DNA from: a virus
Lineage: Duplodnaviria > Caudoviricetes
Strand: one strand, 5' to 3'
IMG/VR virus record: IMGVR_UViG_3300047481_000444
Span: 1-52,305 of that record
Length of the DNA stretch: 52,305 bases
Made by a program: the position numbers and the translations under genes. Positions 10,068 to 19,935 of the stretch are shown piece after piece. How positions within the stretch are numbered: the stretch's first letter is position 1; every line of letters begins with the position of its first letter. Under the pieces are notes generated by a model. The model was not told the DNA's origin, did no database searches, and saw only the letters and a list, made by a program, of their open reading frames with translations.

Positions 10068-10230
10068 CTCATTCGCATACAAAGAAGGCTACTACGCCTT
10101 CAGCCGTGGATGGACTGAGAACAAGTACAGCCACACCACCAGCAAGGGCAAAGAGTGGCAACGAGGTTTTGACAAAGCCTATTTTGATAACCTAGATGCA
10201 CTGAAAAGGAAGCAACATGTTTCTAACTAG
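10057..10230 (+). CDS. Rmf/CrpP-fold-like small protein (57 aa), not in the ORF track
   Basis: AAGGAG RBS then GTG; sequence AYKEGYYAFSRG...NKY...EWQRGFDKA matches the Rmf-like pattern. Confidence 0.6.
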   Translation: MTNNSFAYKEGYYAFSRGWTENKYSHTTSKGKEWQRGFDKAYFDNLDALKRKQHVSN

Positions 10231-10525
10231 AGTGAGTCAAGACATCATTGACATTGACATGACCGATTGGGCTGTCGTCAAAGCCGATGATGGGCTGCAC
10301 TTTTGCGGCATCGACAAGACTGACTGGGTCAACCTAGCCAGGGTCAGCAGTGTTGTTGTAGACTTCGATGCAGCAGCGAAGAAAGGCACCACCCGCAGCG
10401 GGCGCAAGTACACCCTTGTTGGTGAGTCTGCTGGGCTGCAAGGAGTGACGTTGGAGTTGTGGCAACAATGGGCTGCAATCAACAGTGTCCCGTATTGGGA
10501 GGATGTCACTGATCAATACAAGTGA
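10217..10525 (+). CDS. hypothetical protein
   Basis: AAGGAAG RBS; HF.G...RVSS.VV.FD...GTTRSGRKY.LVG pattern. Confidence 0.7.
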   Translation: MFLTRVSQDIIDIDMTDWAVVKADDGLHFCGIDKTDWVNLARVSSVVVDFDAAAKKGTTRSGRKYTLVGESAGLQGVTLELWQQWAAINSVPYWEDVTDQYK

Positions 10526-10607
<82 letters not shown>

Positions 10608-10609
10608 AA

Positions 10610-10684
10610 GCCCTGTAAGCATTGCTAGTGATGTCTCAGCTTGTACCTGAGGGTAAGTGGGTGCAACTCCTACACAGGGCACCA
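10610..10684 (+). tRNA. tRNA-Thr(UGU), somewhat divergent
   Basis: Acceptor GCCCTGT/ACAGGGC + A-CCA; D-stem GCAT/ATGT; anticodon arm CTCAG-CTTGTAC-CTGAG; T-arm GTGGG-TGCAACT-CCTAC. Confidence 0.8.
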
Positions 10685-10725
10685 ATGTTACAAAACATCG
10701 TCAACCATCAACAAAGAACGACACT

Positions 10726-11079
10726 ATGGAACAAACCATCTCTGACATTGTCCAACGTGCTAAAGACATTGACGCTGCTGAAGCATTGTCTGAACTTCAT
10801 GCAATGGCTGAGGAGTACAAGAAGGCTCAGGAGTTCGTCAAAGACCAGCAAGAGCGCTTCTGGAACTCCTTCTCAAAGCAACAGCAGCTAGACCTGTTCT
10901 GTGCTGTTGTACGTCGCATATATCAAGCTGAGATTGTTGAGAGGACAAGCTATAGAGGTGCTTTGTACGGTGTCTTTGGCTTTGATAAAGCAGCCTATGG
11001 TGCTGCTATTGAGGCGGGCTATATGACGCTACATAACAGCATATGCTTTGATGATTGGGCTGAAGACAGCACAGAATGA
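10726..11079 (+). CDS. hypothetical protein
   Basis: Start moved to the ATG downstream of the tRNA; YRGALYGVFGF...GYMTLHN pattern; ends at the terminator. Confidence 0.7.
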   Translation: MEQTISDIVQRAKDIDAAEALSELHAMAEEYKKAQEFVKDQQERFWNSFSKQQQLDLFCAVVRRIYQAEIVERTSYRGALYGVFGFDKAAYGAAIEAGYMTLHNSICFDDWAEDSTE

Positions 11080-11080
11080 C

Positions 11081-11105
11081 GAAGGCCCCTTACGGGGCCT
11101 TTTTG
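11081..11105 (+). terminator. rho-independent terminator at the convergence of the replication and late modules
   Basis: AAGGCCCC-ttac-GGGGCCTT + TTTT. Confidence 0.85.
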
Positions 11106-14100
11106 TTATCTGCCAAACAATCTTTGACTCTGATCTGTTAACGTTCCTGTCCTAGCGTTTAGCTCTGCTTCATACTTATCCAGAGCAAACCAGTCTTTAG
11201 CATTCTCCAGCGTCACACCATCATTGTCTTCCTTGTAGCGTCTGTTGATGGCTTCCTTGACTCGCTTAGGCAGCTTACCAAAACGCATCTTGTACACTCT
11301 AGACAAGTCTTCCATAGCCAGATTGGCATTGACAACTTGTCTAGCTAACGACACCTGTTGACGCACAGCGGTGTTGAGAGCAAGATTCTTCTCAACATCA
11401 GGCAACACCTTGTACTGCGGACTTTGAATCAACGGTGTCACAGCTTCTTTCACACGCTTGTTAGCTTCGTTGATGAGATCCCTGTCGTAGTTTCTATCAC
11501 CGCTGCTTGAACCGTAGAGTTCATAGGGATCAAGGTTGAGACGAGTAATCTCAGACTCTACAGGAGAGCGTTGAAGGATCTGACGGAAGCCAAGAAGTCT
11601 ATTGAAGTATTCGCCTTCTCTTGATAGTTCTTCATCAGTGAGTCGAATAACAGCCTCAGGAAGCTGCTCTTTTGCTATAGGTAGCCTACCCATAACACGC
11701 TTCAGCGCAGCTTCTGTAAAGACTTCTTCAAACTTTTCAGAGATGATGATGTTAGGGTCTCTGACAACTCTGCCTTCCTCTCTGACGAGGTTTACAAAGT
11801 CATAGAGTTGCTTGATGACGAATGGCTGTGTAAAACCGCCAGCGATGTCACCAATGAACTTCCCATTCTCAATGAAGAACTGACGCATTGCTTCATCGCT
11901 TTGTGTGACGTTGACAATGCGGTCAAGGAACGAATCACCACTACCTGCTCTGAACTTCATGCCAATAGCAGATTCAACAGCGTCTTTAACTTCTTTACCT
12001 CTGAGAGTACCCTGCTCTTGTCGCACCATGATGTCGGCAATGGCAAAGTATGTCCCAGGTGTACCCAATGCTCTGACGTCAACAGTGGTGCCTTTGTCTG
12101 TCTTTACCTCATACCAAGGCACATCTTTGTTCTGCTCTCTGTATTCAACAGCAGAAGCCAGAGCAGCAATGCCAACAGCAGACTGCACCCATTTCTCTCC
12201 AGCTTTTCTGAACAACAGGTCTGCCTGTTCTTGCTTTCCTGCCTTAGCCAACTGAAGAGCCTGTGCTGTTTCTTGACCAGCGCCTACCATACCTACAGGG
12301 CTATAGCGATATAGGTAAGCCATAGCATTAGCCATGTAGCGTGGGAAGGGTATAGCAAAGTTGATGAATGGCGTCTTGTCAATGGCTTTGATGACGGTGT
12401 TACCAAGCGTTGAGGCTCCTCGCTCAAACGTAGAGGCAATGGTTTTGTCACCTGCTCTAGGCATATACGCAAACGTTGTCTGCAACGCATCCTTCATCGC
12501 TTCCTTGATGATAGGTGCAGGAATGTCCATGTCCTTGTCAAGAAAGTCTGTGTAGAGGTTCTTCCCTTGTCTCCTAAGCTGGCGTTCAACAGAAGCTGTG
12601 AAGACAGCCCGTCGAGTGACGCTATCAACAGCAACGTTCAGCGAGTTAGCCCAACGAGCAACAGCAGAGACTTGCCTATCTCCTGTTTCCTGAAGAGCGT
12701 TGTTGATGTTGTCAAGCAGTACAGGATTGCTGTTCAACACCTTCTCTGTGATGTCTCTACTCAGTCCTTGTTTCCTCAGATAGAAATAGACATCAAAGGC
12801 ATCATGCACTGTGTCACCCATAGATCGCTTCAGTGTTTCAACACGCTGTCCCTTAGCAGACTTAGACAGAGCGCTGCCGATGGAATAGGCTGTACCTTCC
12901 ATCAACTGCACCCCTGTCTTCAGAGGAATGACAATAGCTGTTGACAAAATGTTTCTGGCTGTGGTGTCAACACCAGAGGTAATCCATGCCTTCCATTCGT
13001 TGGCAAGACGTTGCTGAGCTACGTTGATCTTGGACAAAGCACCAACTTGGTCGTTCTGAAAGCTGTACAAAGATTTGATCTTCTGATCAAACTCTGGATT
13101 AGCTTCAGCAAGTCTCTTGAAGGCTCTAGCAGCGGCTGAATATTGCTGCATCACTCTAGCAGCATCAGTCACTGTTGTCTTATTCATTGCAGCGAACTGC
13201 TCTTTAGAGACACCTCCATCCTTCAGCGCCTGTTCCAAGACAACATCATCGATGTCCTGCATACGAGCAAACACCTTGTTCAATGCAGAACTGATTTGCT
13301 CTTGCGGCTTCATCTGAAAATTAGGATCATTCTTGACAACATGCAGAGCAATGCGTACAGCAGCTTTGCTCATGTCTGTCCTCACCTTTGCATCTGTCAG
13401 AGCATTGGCAGGGTCAATCATGTCAAGCAAATTTCTCCCATACAGCTTCATGTACTCATCATGAACCTTGTCCATGTTCTGATTAATGGGGTCAATAAGA
13501 GCCTGTTCCACTGCTGTTGGAGGCGATGTCGGTGTTGCTGGTGCTGCTTTACCTTTCTCCTTTGAGATGGCAGCAGCAAGCTGTTGTCCGCTCTGCTGCG
13601 TCTGCTGCGGGCTCATCCCAGCAACAGCCATAGGGATACCTGCGCTGATGGCACCAGCAAACAACATAGCAGCACCTGTGCTGACAGGATCAAGCGCTTC
13701 AGGCTCTTCACCGAATGCCTTAGCTTCTTCTTGCTCTGTACGCTGTCTAGTGATGTCCTGAGCCCCTGCAATGAGCGCTTCAGAGCCAGCAATGCCAGCA
13801 GTACCTGCACGCTTCAACGCAGCCTCAGAGGCTGCTTTAGACACGCCACGGACGGCTGCTTGTGTTGCTACCTTACCTGCACCAGCGCCAATGAAGTACA
13901 GAGGGATGTCAGCAGCAATACCTTTGGCGACGTCTGCAACAGGACGAAGACCTTCTTGTCCTCCTGGCTCAAGCACCCCAGCCATCTTCTCGTACAGGTC
14001 TCTGCCTTTGGCAATAGCAACCTTCTGAGGCTCAGGAGCATTGGCAATACGCATCAATTCAGGAATCTGCCCAATGGTGGTGCCTACCTCAGCAACACGC

Positions 14101-14405
14101 CTCTCAGACATGAAGCGCTTGACAAGGTCTTCTCTGCTTTCATCCTTTTGCATCCCAGGCTGACCAGAAGCAACAAGATAGTCCTGTGCAATATTGAACA
14201 GCCCTTCATTCTTAGCTACATCACCAAAGGCAATCTTTGGCGGCTCTGGTGCTTTAGGAGCACCAGCAACTGTGGCCCGCTGGCGAGGAAGCATACGAGG
14301 AATGCTCTCGGTGCCTTCAGCTAGGAATGCAGGAACCTTCTTAGGGATATCGTCATATCCCGTAGAAGGAGCCTTCATAGGTATGTCGTCGTAACCTGTC
14401 GCCAT
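11106..14405 (-). CDS. large internal virion (ejection) protein
   Basis: 1099 aa, Ala-rich and helical, last gene of the late operon; role inferred from position and size. Confidence 0.65.
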   Translation of the reverse strand: MATGYDDIPMKAPSTGYDDIPKKVPAFLAEGTESIPRMLPRQRATVAGAPKAPEPPKIAFGDVAKNEGLFNIAQDYLVASGQPGMQKDESREDLVKRFMSERRVAEVGTTIGQIPELMRIANAPEPQKVAIAKGRDLYEKMAGVLEPGGQEGLRPVADVAKGIAADIPLYFIGAGAGKVATQAAVRGVSKAASEAALKRAGTAGIAGSEALIAGAQDITRQRTEQEEAKAFGEEPEALDPVSTGAAMLFAGAISAGIPMAVAGMSPQQTQQSGQQLAAAISKEKGKAAPATPTSPPTAVEQALIDPINQNMDKVHDEYMKLYGRNLLDMIDPANALTDAKVRTDMSKAAVRIALHVVKNDPNFQMKPQEQISSALNKVFARMQDIDDVVLEQALKDGGVSKEQFAAMNKTTVTDAARVMQQYSAAARAFKRLAEANPEFDQKIKSLYSFQNDQVGALSKINVAQQRLANEWKAWITSGVDTTARNILSTAIVIPLKTGVQLMEGTAYSIGSALSKSAKGQRVETLKRSMGDTVHDAFDVYFYLRKQGLSRDITEKVLNSNPVLLDNINNALQETGDRQVSAVARWANSLNVAVDSVTRRAVFTASVERQLRRQGKNLYTDFLDKDMDIPAPIIKEAMKDALQTTFAYMPRAGDKTIASTFERGASTLGNTVIKAIDKTPFINFAIPFPRYMANAMAYLYRYSPVGMVGAGQETAQALQLAKAGKQEQADLLFRKAGEKWVQSAVGIAALASAVEYREQNKDVPWYEVKTDKGTTVDVRALGTPGTYFAIADIMVRQEQGTLRGKEVKDAVESAIGMKFRAGSGDSFLDRIVNVTQSDEAMRQFFIENGKFIGDIAGGFTQPFVIKQLYDFVNLVREEGRVVRDPNIIISEKFEEVFTEAALKRVMGRLPIAKEQLPEAVIRLTDEELSREGEYFNRLLGFRQILQRSPVESEITRLNLDPYELYGSSSGDRNYDRDLINEANKRVKEAVTPLIQSPQYKVLPDVEKNLALNTAVRQQVSLARQVVNANLAMEDLSRVYKMRFGKLPKRVKEAINRRYKEDNDGVTLENAKDWFALDKYEAELNARTGTLTDQSQRLFGR

Positions 14406-16019
14406 TTAGAGATCCTCTCCTGTTCTTTCCTTAAACCGCTCCCTAACAAGTTTTTCATTTCTTCCGTCTTGTATAGCCTTCAAAGCGTCTCTTCTTTCTT
14501 TATTGACATCAACGGATACTCTTGCGGGCTGTGTAGGCCGTGATGCCGCAGCCGCCGGTGTAGGCTGAGGTCCTGAACCAAGCCCGCCAGAAGCCCTACT
14601 AACGGTAGCAATTTCTCTGTTAAGAGCAGAGATGTTGTCTTCAATTCTCTTCTTTGCTGCTGGGTCTTGTGTCTTGCTCAGTTTGCTCTGTTCATCAGCA
14701 AGCTCCTGCTGAAGAATAGCAATCCTTCCTGCTGCGTTAGCAGGTTGTGATGCAGTTGCAGATGTCCTTGTTGGAGGAGCTTTTTGCTCCGCAGGCGGCA
14801 TTGCAACATCCCATTGGAACTTACCATCTTTACGAAGAATGCCATTCACAGCCAACGCTGTAGCAATGTCTTCACTCAACGGGTTACCATCAAGATCAAG
14901 CCAAGTGTCTACAACATTCTTCATTGCTTTGCGTGCTGTAGCTTCAATCCTTGCCTGCTCATGAGGATTACCGCCGACATACCTGTGGGTGTTGAAGGTG
15001 TTACCGCCTTCGTCAGTGGCTGTGCCGATGACAATACCACTGCCAATAAGCTGACCAAATTCGCTGGAAACAGCTTTAGAAGCAGCGTCCTTCAACAGAT
15101 TGTTCATAGACATAGCAGAGGGCAGCTTACGTCCTTCGCCTTCCTTGCCCAGACGAGCAGCATCCGCAAGCAGCTTCTTAGCCTGCTCACGCTTTGCTGG
15201 ATCTTCGTCAAACAACGCCGTTGTCTTCAGCCTATCAAGCCTGCTGGCAAACGTTTGCTGATCAGGATCAAGAACGTTCTTACGCTGACGCAGCGTGTCA
15301 AGGCGTGTGATGGCTTCCTTTGCTTGATCGCTGTCTTCGCCAAATTTATCAGCCACTGAAGAGACAACAGAAGCCTGTCGTTCAATCTGGTCATCAAGAC
15401 TCTTAGGCGCACTCGGAAACATCTCAACATTGATCTTAGCCATCTCCATCAACGGCTCAGCAGACACCGGCTCCATGCGCTCATAAGCCAACAACTCAGC
15501 AGCAGAGCCTGCGCCAAGAGCACCAGCAATCTTCTCTGCTCTACCAGCACTGACACCTGTTCTAGCACCAAGGAAGCCTCTGGTGTCACCTAGAGCCGCC
15601 TGCATCTGCTCAGGAGCAACAGGCTGTGGTGCTGCTGAAAGAGTGTCAATGTACTGCTGCACAGAAGTGAAGGTCTTAGGAATCTTCTCCTTGTTCATCA
15701 CAAGATATTGCTTCAGGTCAACAGCTTCCCCACGGCTACGTCTATCAACAAAGTCTTTGGCAATGGTGTCATTTGACAACAACGCCAGCTTCTCTTCCAC
15801 AGCTTCAGAGCCATCAAGGAAAGGCGTCAAAGCACTGTAGCGCTCTGTCAGCGTTGTCTTCCTAGCCTCAATCTCTGCTTCTCTTTTCTTCTTGTTGATA
15901 GCAGCCATCTTGAGACGAGACTGAATCAGAGCTTCGTTCTCTTCTCTTTCTTTTTCAATGCGTGTAGCAGCGCCTTTAGCAAAGCCTGTCAACAAACCCA
16001 TCAACGCAATAGAAGCCAT
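14406..16019 (-). CDS. putative internal virion protein
   Basis: 537 aa; N-terminal amphipathic LMGLLTGFAKG followed by coiled coil; lies within the ejection-protein cluster. Confidence 0.55.
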   Translation of the reverse strand: MASIALMGLLTGFAKGAATRIEKEREENEALIQSRLKMAAINKKKREAEIEARKTTLTERYSALTPFLDGSEAVEEKLALLSNDTIAKDFVDRRSRGEAVDLKQYLVMNKEKIPKTFTSVQQYIDTLSAAPQPVAPEQMQAALGDTRGFLGARTGVSAGRAEKIAGALGAGSAAELLAYERMEPVSAEPLMEMAKINVEMFPSAPKSLDDQIERQASVVSSVADKFGEDSDQAKEAITRLDTLRQRKNVLDPDQQTFASRLDRLKTTALFDEDPAKREQAKKLLADAARLGKEGEGRKLPSAMSMNNLLKDAASKAVSSEFGQLIGSGIVIGTATDEGGNTFNTHRYVGGNPHEQARIEATARKAMKNVVDTWLDLDGNPLSEDIATALAVNGILRKDGKFQWDVAMPPAEQKAPPTRTSATASQPANAAGRIAILQQELADEQSKLSKTQDPAAKKRIEDNISALNREIATVSRASGGLGSGPQPTPAAAASRPTQPARVSVDVNKERRDALKAIQDGRNEKLVRERFKERTGEDL

Positions 16020-16021
16020 GT

Positions 16022-16474
16022 TTACTCCTTTGCCATCAAACCAGACTGACGCACAGCCGGAGCCTGCTTCACTTCAGCAACAGCGCTCTTCAACACTTCC
16101 TTTGCTGTGTCTTCGTCAATCTCTGTAGCCTGTATAAAATCTTCATCTTCAACAACGTAGCCGACGTCGTTCATGTCACCGATGGTTTTCATCAACTCAA
16201 TGAGGATAGGAACAACGATGAAGCCTACATCAATGGTGTGGATGCCCTTCATCACGCCTGTCTTGATCATGCTATTGGCAATAGCCATGAGAGGCGTGTT
16301 CATCTCCATAGCCTTCAGCAAGTTATCCACAGCCTCTTCTGTTGTCAGTTTTTCTGTGTAATAAGAGACAACAGAATCAAGCGTAGCAAACTTAGGAGGG
16401 CTTTCCCAAGGAGTGTTCCCAGGTGTTCCTGTCAACGACATACCTGGGATAGGCGCTGCTCTTAGTTCTTTCAT
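16022..16474 (-). CDS. conserved phage hypothetical protein
   Basis: APIPGMSLT...PWE.PP motif; coupled to its neighbours. Confidence 0.7.
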   Translation of the reverse strand: MKELRAAPIPGMSLTGTPGNTPWESPPKFATLDSVVSYYTEKLTTEEAVDNLLKAMEMNTPLMAIANSMIKTGVMKGIHTIDVGFIVVPILIELMKTIGDMNDVGYVVEDEDFIQATEIDEDTAKEVLKSAVAEVKQAPAVRQSGLMAKE

Positions 16475-16680
16475 TTGATGAGTTCCTCACGTTGCTTTCT
16501 GATGATGGCAATGTACTTCGCTATCTCTTCAACAGGTGAAGGCATTCCTTGCTGAGGTGCTGCCTTTCCTTTAGGAGCAAGCAGCCCTGAAGTAGAAACA
16601 GGAAGTTTCTTGTTCTGTTGCTGAATGATGCTATCAACTTCAGCCATGAGAGATTTGTAGTTTTTCATAGGTGTTACCAC
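16471..16680 (-). CDS. hypothetical protein
   Basis: Overlaps both neighbours in operon fashion. Confidence 0.55.
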   Translation of the reverse strand: MVTPMKNYKSLMAEVDSIIQQQNKKLPVSTSGLLAPKGKAAPQQGMPSPVEEIAKYIAIIRKQREELIK

Positions 16681-19600
16681 TTGATGTTAGCCAGGAGACC
16701 ACCAACAGCAGTCCACATAGACGCTTTAGCTGCTGTAGAAGCTGCTGTTGTTTCCGACCTAGCGGAAATCTCCGACACAGCCAACTGCGTCACTCTGTCT
16801 GCATCCTTTTCAAAGCTGTTCCACATCATCTGAATCTGATCTCTAAACAACTGAGTCTCATTATTGTACTCAGCCAACGTCATCTGTTGCAGGTTCTGAG
16901 CATTGAGATAGTTGGCAGCGTTGGTGGCAGCAGTGTCAGCAGTGGATACATCCCTACGCCACTGAGCATTGCTCTGATCAATGACAAGCCTCTGTGTTGC
17001 ATTGAACTGCTGTCTAGCATTGGTCTGCTCAGCATTGAACTTCGACACAGCATTGGCCTGATCAGTGTTGAATTGGTCAATGGCATTCTTCTGTGAAGCA
17101 TTGAACTGGCTCACCTGTGTTGACAACGACACCATGAACTGATCCACCTGATTCTGGCTGGTGGCATTGAACTGCTTCATTGCATTCTCAGCAGCAGCAT
17201 CAGACAACAGAGCCTGTGAAATCTGCTGGCCCTTGAACAACGTAGCCTGCTGCTCTCTATCGAGATTAGCCATGTCCATCGACAGGAAGTTCTGTGCTGT
17301 CATCACAGCAGCCTGCTGACGGTTGTTCAGGTTAGCCATGTCCATTGCAGCAAACGTAGCTGCATTAGCCAACACAGATGCCTGCTCATTGTTCAAATCA
17401 GCAAGGTTGATCTGCTGAATAAACTGAGCATTGGCAAGAGCATTCTGCTGATCTGCTGTGAAGTTGACATTGGCAATTTCAGCAACACGGGCAGCATTGG
17501 TGATGTTAACCTGCTGCTTATTCGTCAACTCCTGTCCCTTCAACGCTGCTTCAATTTGAGCATTAGCCAATGCTGTCTGTTGCTTGTTAGACAGATTAGC
17601 CATCTCCACCTGAAGAGAGTTGGTGGTGTTGAACAGACGAGTCTGCTGCTCATTAGTGAGATTGATGTTGCGCTCTTGCAGCACATTGCTAACATTGAAC
17701 AACGCTGTCTGCTGCTCATTCGACAACACCTGCCCTGTCAATGCAGCCCTGGCTTGGAAGTCAGAGATGAAGGCTTGTTGCTTGTTAGAGGCTTCAATGC
17801 CAGCAGCTTCAAAGTTTTGTGTGCTCTGAAGCATTGCCATCTGCTGTTCATTGGTGAGTTCTTGACCAGTGACAGCGGCTCTGACTTGCAGATTAGCCAG
17901 CGCTGTTTGCTGGCGTGCAGACAGGTTGGTGAACTCCACTTGCAGGTTCTCAGAAGAACGCTGCAACACAGCCTGCTGAGCATTGCTCAGGTTGATGTTG
18001 TTCACTTCAGCAAAGCGAGCAGCATTGGTCAGGGCTGTCTGTGTCTTGACATCGAGGTTCTTTTCAGCAACAGCGGCTTTGATGTTGGCGTTTGCCAGAA
18101 CAACAGATTGCAGATTAGACAAGCTAGCTGATTGCAGAGCAAAGGCATTGGTGCTGTTCTGAAGCGCTGCTGTCTGCCTATTGTTCAGATTCTCCAGTTC
18201 AATCTTCTGAGAAGCAGCAGCATTTGCCAGAGACACTGCCTGTCTATTGCTGAGGTTCTGAAGACCCATAGTTGCAAAGGTTTCAGCGTCCTTTGCAGCA
18301 ATGGGCACAGCAGCTTCCATAGCAGCCTGCACAATGGCAGCACCTGCCATAGAGCTACCACCAAGCCCTCTAGCAGCCATTGCAGCATTGGCCTGTCTAA
18401 TGGCTCCAGCAGCCCATGCAGGCGTGCCATCATTGAACTGAGACATCAGCTTCTCAAGCTGACCTGCAACAGTGGAAGCAGCTTCAACAGTGCCTGTCTG
18501 AGCCTCTGCCAGAGCTTGGCTGAAGCTGCCTTGCTGAGCCACCATCTTCGCTTCTTGATTGAGCTTGTCCATTGTGGCTGCAACAGCCTGCACAGGCTCA
18601 GTGATTTGAAGGCTCTGCTTAGAGACATCAACAAGCTCTTCCTGAGCAATAGCGCGTTGTTGACCAACAGCAGTGGAAGAGGCTGTGGTTTGATCTGTGG
18701 TGGCTGAAGGAATCTCAGAAGCCTTAGCCGCATCCATCACCTTAGGAGCACTCATTGCTGCCGACTTAGCCTCAGGCAAGGTGTAGTTGGTGGCAGCAGT
18801 GGCTTCGGGTGTACCAGAAAGTTGAGCAGCATCTGTCTTGAAATCTCTGCCTGTTGTCTCTGCTGTAGCCTTTGTAACACCACCAACATCAGCAACAGTG
18901 GCGGCTTTGGCTTCCTGCTCTGGTGTCATCTGCAAAGGCGTCGGTGCTGTCACTTGAGCAGCATCAGGGGCTTCAGCAGTGCGGGCAATGGCATCAGGAG
19001 AAACATAGCCCTGTTGAGCCTTTACCTGAGCTTGCTCGGACACAGTGCCAGCAGCAGGGGTAACACCTTCCATAGCTGTTTGAATGCCTGGAGCAGCCGT
19101 TGTAGCCTCTGCTGTCTTCGCTGTAATCTGCGTAGGCTGCACAGCCTGGGCTGCTGTTCCTGTCTTTGTTGTACGCGCTGTAGCAGCAGTGCCTGCACCA
19201 CCAACACCAGCAATGCTTTGCTCAGGTGTGATGGGTGTTGCAACAGGCGTAATAGACGCAGCAGTACCGGGCTTGGGAACACCTACCCTGCCTAGTTCTT
19301 CTTCAAAGGTGACACCACCTCCTCCTGCAACTGTCCCCGGAGGAGGAGGCGCAGGAGATGTTACAGGAGCAGGCGCTGGTGCCGGAGCAGGAGCTGGCGT
19401 TGGAGCTGGTGCCGGTGTCGCCGCTGGTGCTGGTGCCGGTGTCGGCGCTGGTGCCGGTGTCGGCGCTGGTGCCGGTGTCGGCGCTGGTGCCGGTGTCGGC
19501 GCTGGTGCCGGTGTCGCCGCTGGTGCTGGTGCCGGTGTCGGCGCTGGTGCCGGTGTCGGCGCTGGTGCCGGTGTCGGCGCTGGTGCCGGTGCTGCAATAG

Positions 19601-19925
19601 GCTGTGCTCCTCGCTTCAACACAGCCTGAGGAGGATTAGGGTCTTCAGGACCAGGGCTTGTGAAGTAAATAGCATTGGCAGCATACTTCTTCCCTGTGGC
19701 TTGATCTGTATATGTCCCATCAGGGTTTTTAACCAAACCACCATTAGCATAGCCAACAACACCACCCTTAGCCATTCTCTTGGCATACTTATCTGTCACA
19801 GCGTTGTAGCGCATCATCAGCGCAGGGCTGCTCTGCAAATACTGATCAAAGCCCTGCATAGGGCCTTCATAGCCCAGCTTACGAGCAAGTATCTCACGCT
19901 GCTTAGATGTAAAGGATGTGTTCAT
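16674..19925 (-). CDS. putative ejection / DNA-pilot protein with a Pro-Ala linker and long Ala/Asn/Gln-rich helical repeats
   Basis: 1083 aa; PAPAPT repeats; AAMAARGLGGSSMAG motif; recurrent NLSNxQQ units. Confidence 0.6.
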   Translation of the reverse strand: MNTSFTSKQREILARKLGYEGPMQGFDQYLQSSPALMMRYNAVTDKYAKRMAKGGVVGYANGGLVKNPDGTYTDQATGKKYAANAIYFTSPGPEDPNPPQAVLKRGAQPIAAPAPAPTPAPAPTPAPAPTPAPAPAATPAPAPTPAPAPTPAPAPTPAPAPTPAPAPAATPAPAPTPAPAPAPAPAPVTSPAPPPPGTVAGGGGVTFEEELGRVGVPKPGTAASITPVATPITPEQSIAGVGGAGTAATARTTKTGTAAQAVQPTQITAKTAEATTAAPGIQTAMEGVTPAAGTVSEQAQVKAQQGYVSPDAIARTAEAPDAAQVTAPTPLQMTPEQEAKAATVADVGGVTKATAETTGRDFKTDAAQLSGTPEATAATNYTLPEAKSAAMSAPKVMDAAKASEIPSATTDQTTASSTAVGQQRAIAQEELVDVSKQSLQITEPVQAVAATMDKLNQEAKMVAQQGSFSQALAEAQTGTVEAASTVAGQLEKLMSQFNDGTPAWAAGAIRQANAAMAARGLGGSSMAGAAIVQAAMEAAVPIAAKDAETFATMGLQNLSNRQAVSLANAAASQKIELENLNNRQTAALQNSTNAFALQSASLSNLQSVVLANANIKAAVAEKNLDVKTQTALTNAARFAEVNNINLSNAQQAVLQRSSENLQVEFTNLSARQQTALANLQVRAAVTGQELTNEQQMAMLQSTQNFEAAGIEASNKQQAFISDFQARAALTGQVLSNEQQTALFNVSNVLQERNINLTNEQQTRLFNTTNSLQVEMANLSNKQQTALANAQIEAALKGQELTNKQQVNITNAARVAEIANVNFTADQQNALANAQFIQQINLADLNNEQASVLANAATFAAMDMANLNNRQQAAVMTAQNFLSMDMANLDREQQATLFKGQQISQALLSDAAAENAMKQFNATSQNQVDQFMVSLSTQVSQFNASQKNAIDQFNTDQANAVSKFNAEQTNARQQFNATQRLVIDQSNAQWRRDVSTADTAATNAANYLNAQNLQQMTLAEYNNETQLFRDQIQMMWNSFEKDADRVTQLAVSEISARSETTAASTAAKASMWTAVGGLLANIKW
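19366..19594. repeat. GC-rich 18-bp tandem repeat (GCTGGTGCCGGTGTCGGC)n encoding PAPAPT
   Basis: About ten near-identical units visible directly in the sequence. Confidence 0.92.
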
Positions 19926-19935
19926 GTTTTTCCTA

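Noticed and set aside
19084-19629. Gly-Ala, Leu-Val-Pro and His-Arg-Gln repeat ORFs
   Set aside because: Alternative-frame shadows of the 18-bp PAPAPT minisatellite
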